Assembly: GCA_963701665.1 (NCBI GenBank) | Contig: OY969622.1 | Coordinates: 832,001 to 896,000, forward strand | Source: Candidatus Babeliales bacterium | GTDB lineage: Bacteria > Babelota > Babeliae > Babelales > JANWKD01 | Length of the DNA stretch: 64,000 nt | Reading direction: 5' to 3' | Part shown: positions 60,150 to 64,000 of the stretch, in pieces | How the letters are laid out: each line of letters begins with the position of its first letter | Position numbering within the stretch: position 1 is the stretch's first letter | Position numbers and translations under genes: made by a program | Notes under the pieces: model-generated | What the model was told of the DNA's origin: nothing | What the model saw: only the letters and a program-made list of their open reading frames with translations | Databases searched by the model: none

Positions 60150-61457
60150 ATGGCGAAAGTAGTGATTATTGGGGCTGGCTTAACAGGTATTTCAACCGCG
60201 TATTATTTAGAAAAACATAATTTCTTCGATTACATCATGGTTGAAAAAGATGATTCTATCGGTGGATTATGCAGATCTATCTATCATGACGGCTTCACTT
60301 TCGATTACACCGGACACTTATTACATGCAAGCGATCCTGGCTTTCAGCAACTTATTCGCGATGTTGTCGGTATCGATACCCTAAACAGTATTTTAAGACG
60401 TTCTTATATTTATTCACATGAAAGTTACACGAAATATCCATTTCAAGTAAATTTATTTGGATTGCCATCTGAGGTGATAGCTGAATGTATCGAAGGTTTT
60501 GTCAAACGAAAAAAAAGTAAAAAAAGAATACAGGCATTTTATGATTTTGTGTTAGAGAATTTTGGGAAAGGCTTAGCAAAACATTTTTTCTTTCCTTATC
60601 AAAAAAAAATCTGTTCCTACAACTTAAAAAAACTTACCTCAAGTTGGATGGGAAGATTTGTTCCCTCCACCTCACTACAACAAATGATACATGGTGCGCT
60701 TAAGGATCCTTCATCAGAAATTGGTATCGGCTATAATGCTCATTTTTATTATCCAAAACAAGGCGGCATACAAACATGGGTACTGAAACTTGCGCATGCA
60801 TTAAAAAACCCCATCCGCGTTAATCACGCTGTTAAGATAATTGATGCTGCCAAAAAACAGGTAATTTTCCACAACAATGAATCTGAACCGTATGATATTT
60901 TAATTAACACGATGCCCCTCGATTATTTCCTTGGCAGCCTGCAAGAAAAATCTTCAACAGCGCTCAAAAATGCCATCCCTCATCTTATTTGCAACTCAGT
61001 AATCAATTTCAATCTCGGCATCGCACGCGCTGATCTTTCCGATAAGCATTGGATATATTTTCCTGAATCAAGCTATCCTTTTTATCGACTTGGATTCCCG
61101 CACAATTTTGCATCTTCAATGGCACCAGAAGGATGCAGCTCATTGTATGGTGAATTTTCTCATATCAAAAAATCTTCTTCTACGGTTAAAAAAACGTTAG
61201 ACACAGCATTACATGCAACAAAAAAGCTGTTCAAATTGGCATCACACGACATTATAACTGAAAAAATTATATCAATTCCTCATGCCTATGTAATTTATGA
61301 TTTTTGGCGCGAAAAAAATCTACCAAAAATTCACGAAACATTACGTTCTGATAACATATACTCAATAGGACGATATGGCGCTTGGAAATATTCAAGCATG
61401 CAAGAAGCAGTCCTTGATGGAAAAAAAATGGCTGAAGAGCTCATTGCATATATATAA
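60150..61457 (+). CDS. FAD-dependent oxidoreductase (HemY / UDP-galactopyranose mutase-like)
   Basis: IIGAGLTG, GGLCRS, FDYTGH, FYYPKQGG, GRYGAWKY. Confidence 0.8.
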   Translation: MAKVVIIGAGLTGISTAYYLEKHNFFDYIMVEKDDSIGGLCRSIYHDGFTFDYTGHLLHASDPGFQQLIRDVVGIDTLNSILRRSYIYSHESYTKYPFQVNLFGLPSEVIAECIEGFVKRKKSKKRIQAFYDFVLENFGKGLAKHFFFPYQKKICSYNLKKLTSSWMGRFVPSTSLQQMIHGALKDPSSEIGIGYNAHFYYPKQGGIQTWVLKLAHALKNPIRVNHAVKIIDAAKKQVIFHNNESEPYDILINTMPLDYFLGSLQEKSSTALKNAIPHLICNSVINFNLGIARADLSDKHWIYFPESSYPFYRLGFPHNFASSMAPEGCSSLYGEFSHIKKSSSTVKKTLDTALHATKKLFKLASHDIITEKIISIPHAYVIYDFWREKNLPKIHETLRSDNIYSIGRYGAWKYSSMQEAVLDGKKMAEELIAYI

Positions 61458-61472
61458 AAAGGAATTGGTAGT

Positions 61473-62438
61473 ATGAAAGCATCATATAATCGCTGTAATG
61501 TTTTGGTTACGGGCGGCGCAGGATTCATTGGCTCACATCTTGCTGAGGCATTGGTACATCTTGGTGCCTATGTCACCATTCTTGATAATTTCAAAACAGG
61601 ACGACGAGAAAATATAGCCGGCATCAAGGAATCAATTGCCCTTATTGAAGGCGATATAACCGATTTCCAAACATGCAAAGAAGCAACAAGTCATCAAGAA
61701 TTAATTTTTCATTGCGCAGCTGAAACATCAGTACCTGAATCAATGCAAACTCCTTTTATCACCCATCACGTGAATGTTAATGGCACTGCCAACTTGCTTG
61801 AAGCAGCTCGTATCAATGCCGTTAAACGATTTATTTTTTCATCATCATCGGCCGTCTATGGACAACAATTAGGATTGTGCACCGAAACAGCACAATGCAA
61901 ACCCGCCTCACCCTATGGGCTTTCAAAGCTCATCGGTGAAATGATGTGTAAACAATATACGCAAAATTTTGGATTGAAAACGATCAGTTTACGTTACTTT
62001 AATGTCTACGGCCCTCGCCAGGACCCTTTTGCCTCTTATGCATCCGTTATTGCACATTTTAGGGCTGCCATGGCGGCTAATAAACCAATTACCGTATATG
62101 GTGACGGCTTACAAACGCGCGATTTTGTACCGGTCAGACAAGTGGTGGAAACGAATCTTAAGGTAGGCATTCTTGCGAGCACCTTTGTTTCTGATCTTGC
62201 ACTCAACTGTGCAACGGGAAATAGTATTACAGTCCTACAACTTATTCAAAAATTGAAACATGAATTTCCTCATTTTTCTGAAGGGATTTATTTTGCGCCT
62301 GCACGTCCAGGGGATATAAAACACACCGCTGCAGATTGCACACGATATAAAAAGATCATGGAAGATTACCAAAAATATTCGGAAGCGTTGCCGGCATTTA
62401 TCCCAGAAGAACCTTCACAACAGCACCAAGTAACATAG
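61473..62438 (+). CDS. NAD-dependent nucleotide-sugar epimerase/dehydratase
   Basis: VTGGAGFIGSH, SSSAVYG, YGLSK, LRYFNVYGPRQD, GDGLQTRDF. Confidence 0.92.
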   Translation: MKASYNRCNVLVTGGAGFIGSHLAEALVHLGAYVTILDNFKTGRRENIAGIKESIALIEGDITDFQTCKEATSHQELIFHCAAETSVPESMQTPFITHHVNVNGTANLLEAARINAVKRFIFSSSSAVYGQQLGLCTETAQCKPASPYGLSKLIGEMMCKQYTQNFGLKTISLRYFNVYGPRQDPFASYASVIAHFRAAMAANKPITVYGDGLQTRDFVPVRQVVETNLKVGILASTFVSDLALNCATGNSITVLQLIQKLKHEFPHFSEGIYFAPARPGDIKHTAADCTRYKKIMEDYQKYSEALPAFIPEEPSQQHQVT

Positions 62439-62549
62439 GCTCAACTATGATTATATCAGTATGGTTTTGGCGTTTTTTTTATTTGATGGTATACTTGCTT
62501 GCAGCATCTAATTCTTTAAACCTCTTTTTTCTCGTAACTCCATATCATT

Positions 62550-63677
62550 ATGAAACAAGATTTTTATGAAACTTTAGGCGTTTCTAAAACTGCTACCCAA
62601 GAAGAAATTAAAAACGCTTATCGAAAATTAGCTCTCAAATATCACCCAGATCGTAATCCGGGCAATAAAGAAGCTGAAGAAAAGTTCAAAGCTGCTGCTG
62701 AAGCATATCAAATTTTATCTGATCCTGAAAAACGTAAACGTTATGATCAATTTGGTACTGCTGATACGGGCAACATGGGCGGCTTTGGCCAAGAAATGAA
62801 TATGGAAGATATCTTCGAGAATTTCGGTGATATTTTCGAAACATTATTTGGGGGTGCTGGCGGACGAAGAAAAAGCAGTAAAGCAACAGGCCCAACGGCA
62901 CGCCGTGGCCATGATTTAAATAAAGAAATTACTATCACCCTAAAAGAATCGTATTTAGGCACTAAAAAAGATATTAGTTATTATCGGTTTGTTATCTGCG
63001 AAACGTGCGCTGGTAAAGGCGCAAAGCCAGGCACAACGACTCAAGTATGTCCGACATGCCATGGATCTGGACAACAACAATATAGGCAAGGCTTTTTTGC
63101 ATTTAGCCAACCATGCCCAACGTGTGCTGGCCAAGGTTTTATCATTCCAACACCGTGCACCGTGTGCAAAGGTCAAACGCGCGTCCAAAAACTTGATAAA
63201 TTCTCTATCACGATCCCAAAAGGTATTTTTAACAATGCTGAATTGCGCGTGCAAGGGAAAGGTGATGATGGCGTTTTTGGCGGCCAAGCTGGCGATTTAT
63301 TTGTCAGAATTATTGTTACTCCTGATAAAAAATTCAAACGCATCGATGATGATTTAACGTGTTCGCTTATGGTTACCTATCCTGAATTAGTATTCGGTTC
63401 TCAAGTTGAAATGGAACTCATTGATGGCAGTAAAGAAACAGTCAAAATTCCAAAAGGCTCGCCGGTACATCATCAGATTGTCATCCCTGGCAAAGGATTC
63501 GCTCATCTTCGCGGTAAAGGAGCAGGCAATCTTATTATTACGGTACAATGTCATATACCTACAAAATTAACAAAAGAAGCAAAAGAAACTTTATCAAAAT
63601 ATTCTGAATTGATCGGTACCAATGTTACCGATTCTGATTCGAACATCGTAGGGTTTTTCAAAAAATTTTTAGGTTAA
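62550..63677 (+). CDS. dnaJ: Chaperone DnaJ
   Basis: J domain with HPD, G/F region, four CxxCxGxG/T repeats. Confidence 0.97.
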   Translation: MKQDFYETLGVSKTATQEEIKNAYRKLALKYHPDRNPGNKEAEEKFKAAAEAYQILSDPEKRKRYDQFGTADTGNMGGFGQEMNMEDIFENFGDIFETLFGGAGGRRKSSKATGPTARRGHDLNKEITITLKESYLGTKKDISYYRFVICETCAGKGAKPGTTTQVCPTCHGSGQQQYRQGFFAFSQPCPTCAGQGFIIPTPCTVCKGQTRVQKLDKFSITIPKGIFNNAELRVQGKGDDGVFGGQAGDLFVRIIVTPDKKFKRIDDDLTCSLMVTYPELVFGSQVEMELIDGSKETVKIPKGSPVHHQIVIPGKGFAHLRGKGAGNLIITVQCHIPTKLTKEAKETLSKYSELIGTNVTDSDSNIVGFFKKFLG

Positions 63678-63705
63678 TCCCATTACGCTAAAAGGAGCAT
63701 ATATA

Positions 63706-64000
63706 ATGAAACGTTCATTAAAAGTAAGCGTTGCAAGCAGTTTTGTTGTAACGAGCTTATTACTTGCTACAGGTTGTTCAGACAAAGAACAATGTTCTGT
63801 AGAAAATTCTGAAATTGACCAGATTACATTGCAGCAACCTTCAAGTAGTTCACAAGCATCTGAAATGGAAGAAACCCCTATGCAAACGGAAGAAAACAAA
63901 AAACCTATGACCGCCGTACATACTGCCTCAGGATTATCATATACCATACTCAAAGAAGGTGATCCTAATTCAGCAACACCTATCCGCGGCTCAAAAGTTA
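63706..64000 (+). CDS. FKBP-type peptidyl-prolyl isomerase lipoprotein (3'-truncated by the window)
   Basis: AAGGAG RBS; LLLATG-C lipobox; TASGLSYTILKEG...PIRGSKV is a typical FKBP domain start. Confidence 0.8.
   Translation, partial: MKRSLKVSVASSFVVTSLLLATGCSDKEQCSVENSEIDQITLQQPSSSSQASEMEETPMQTEENKKPMTAVHTASGLSYTILKEGDPNSATPIRGSKV

Overview
AT-rich bacterial chromosome segment from what is most likely an intracellular parasite or symbiont of protists. Tandem Npt/TLC nucleotide translocases, many signal-peptide ORFans and eukaryote-like domains suggest Dependentiae (TM6/Babelota); this is inference, not a database result. The first 11.3 kb is a tandem array of at least three genes for very large repetitive proteins, each with a Cys-Cys-punctuated W/F-periodic stalk and a C-terminal beta-helix head; dsbD follows after one small gene. 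The rest is housekeeping genes (hpf, der, dnaX, ffs, tRNA-Ser, rpsB, lon with an in-frame stop, cmk, recJ, lysS, sod, rapZ, ctpA, glmS, rpsI, tRNA-Thr, dksA-like, tadA, gyrB, tilS, mpg, dnaJ, FKBP) interleaved with putative secreted effectors (cPLA2-like lipase, UIM protein, LRR protein, twin-CX3C proteins, M48-like protease). Four patterns are not explained by these annotations. (1) Accessory genes are repeatedly bracketed by a diverged duplicate of the 3' end of the neighbouring gene (hpf, gyrB and others), with no integrase in the window. (2) A YhcG/DUF1016 nuclease gene carries a perfect internal 26-bp palindrome. (3) REP/MITE-like elements carry nested hairpin cassettes that show covariation. 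(4) Nine secreted ORFans share a signal peptide followed by Met, usually Met-Glu.
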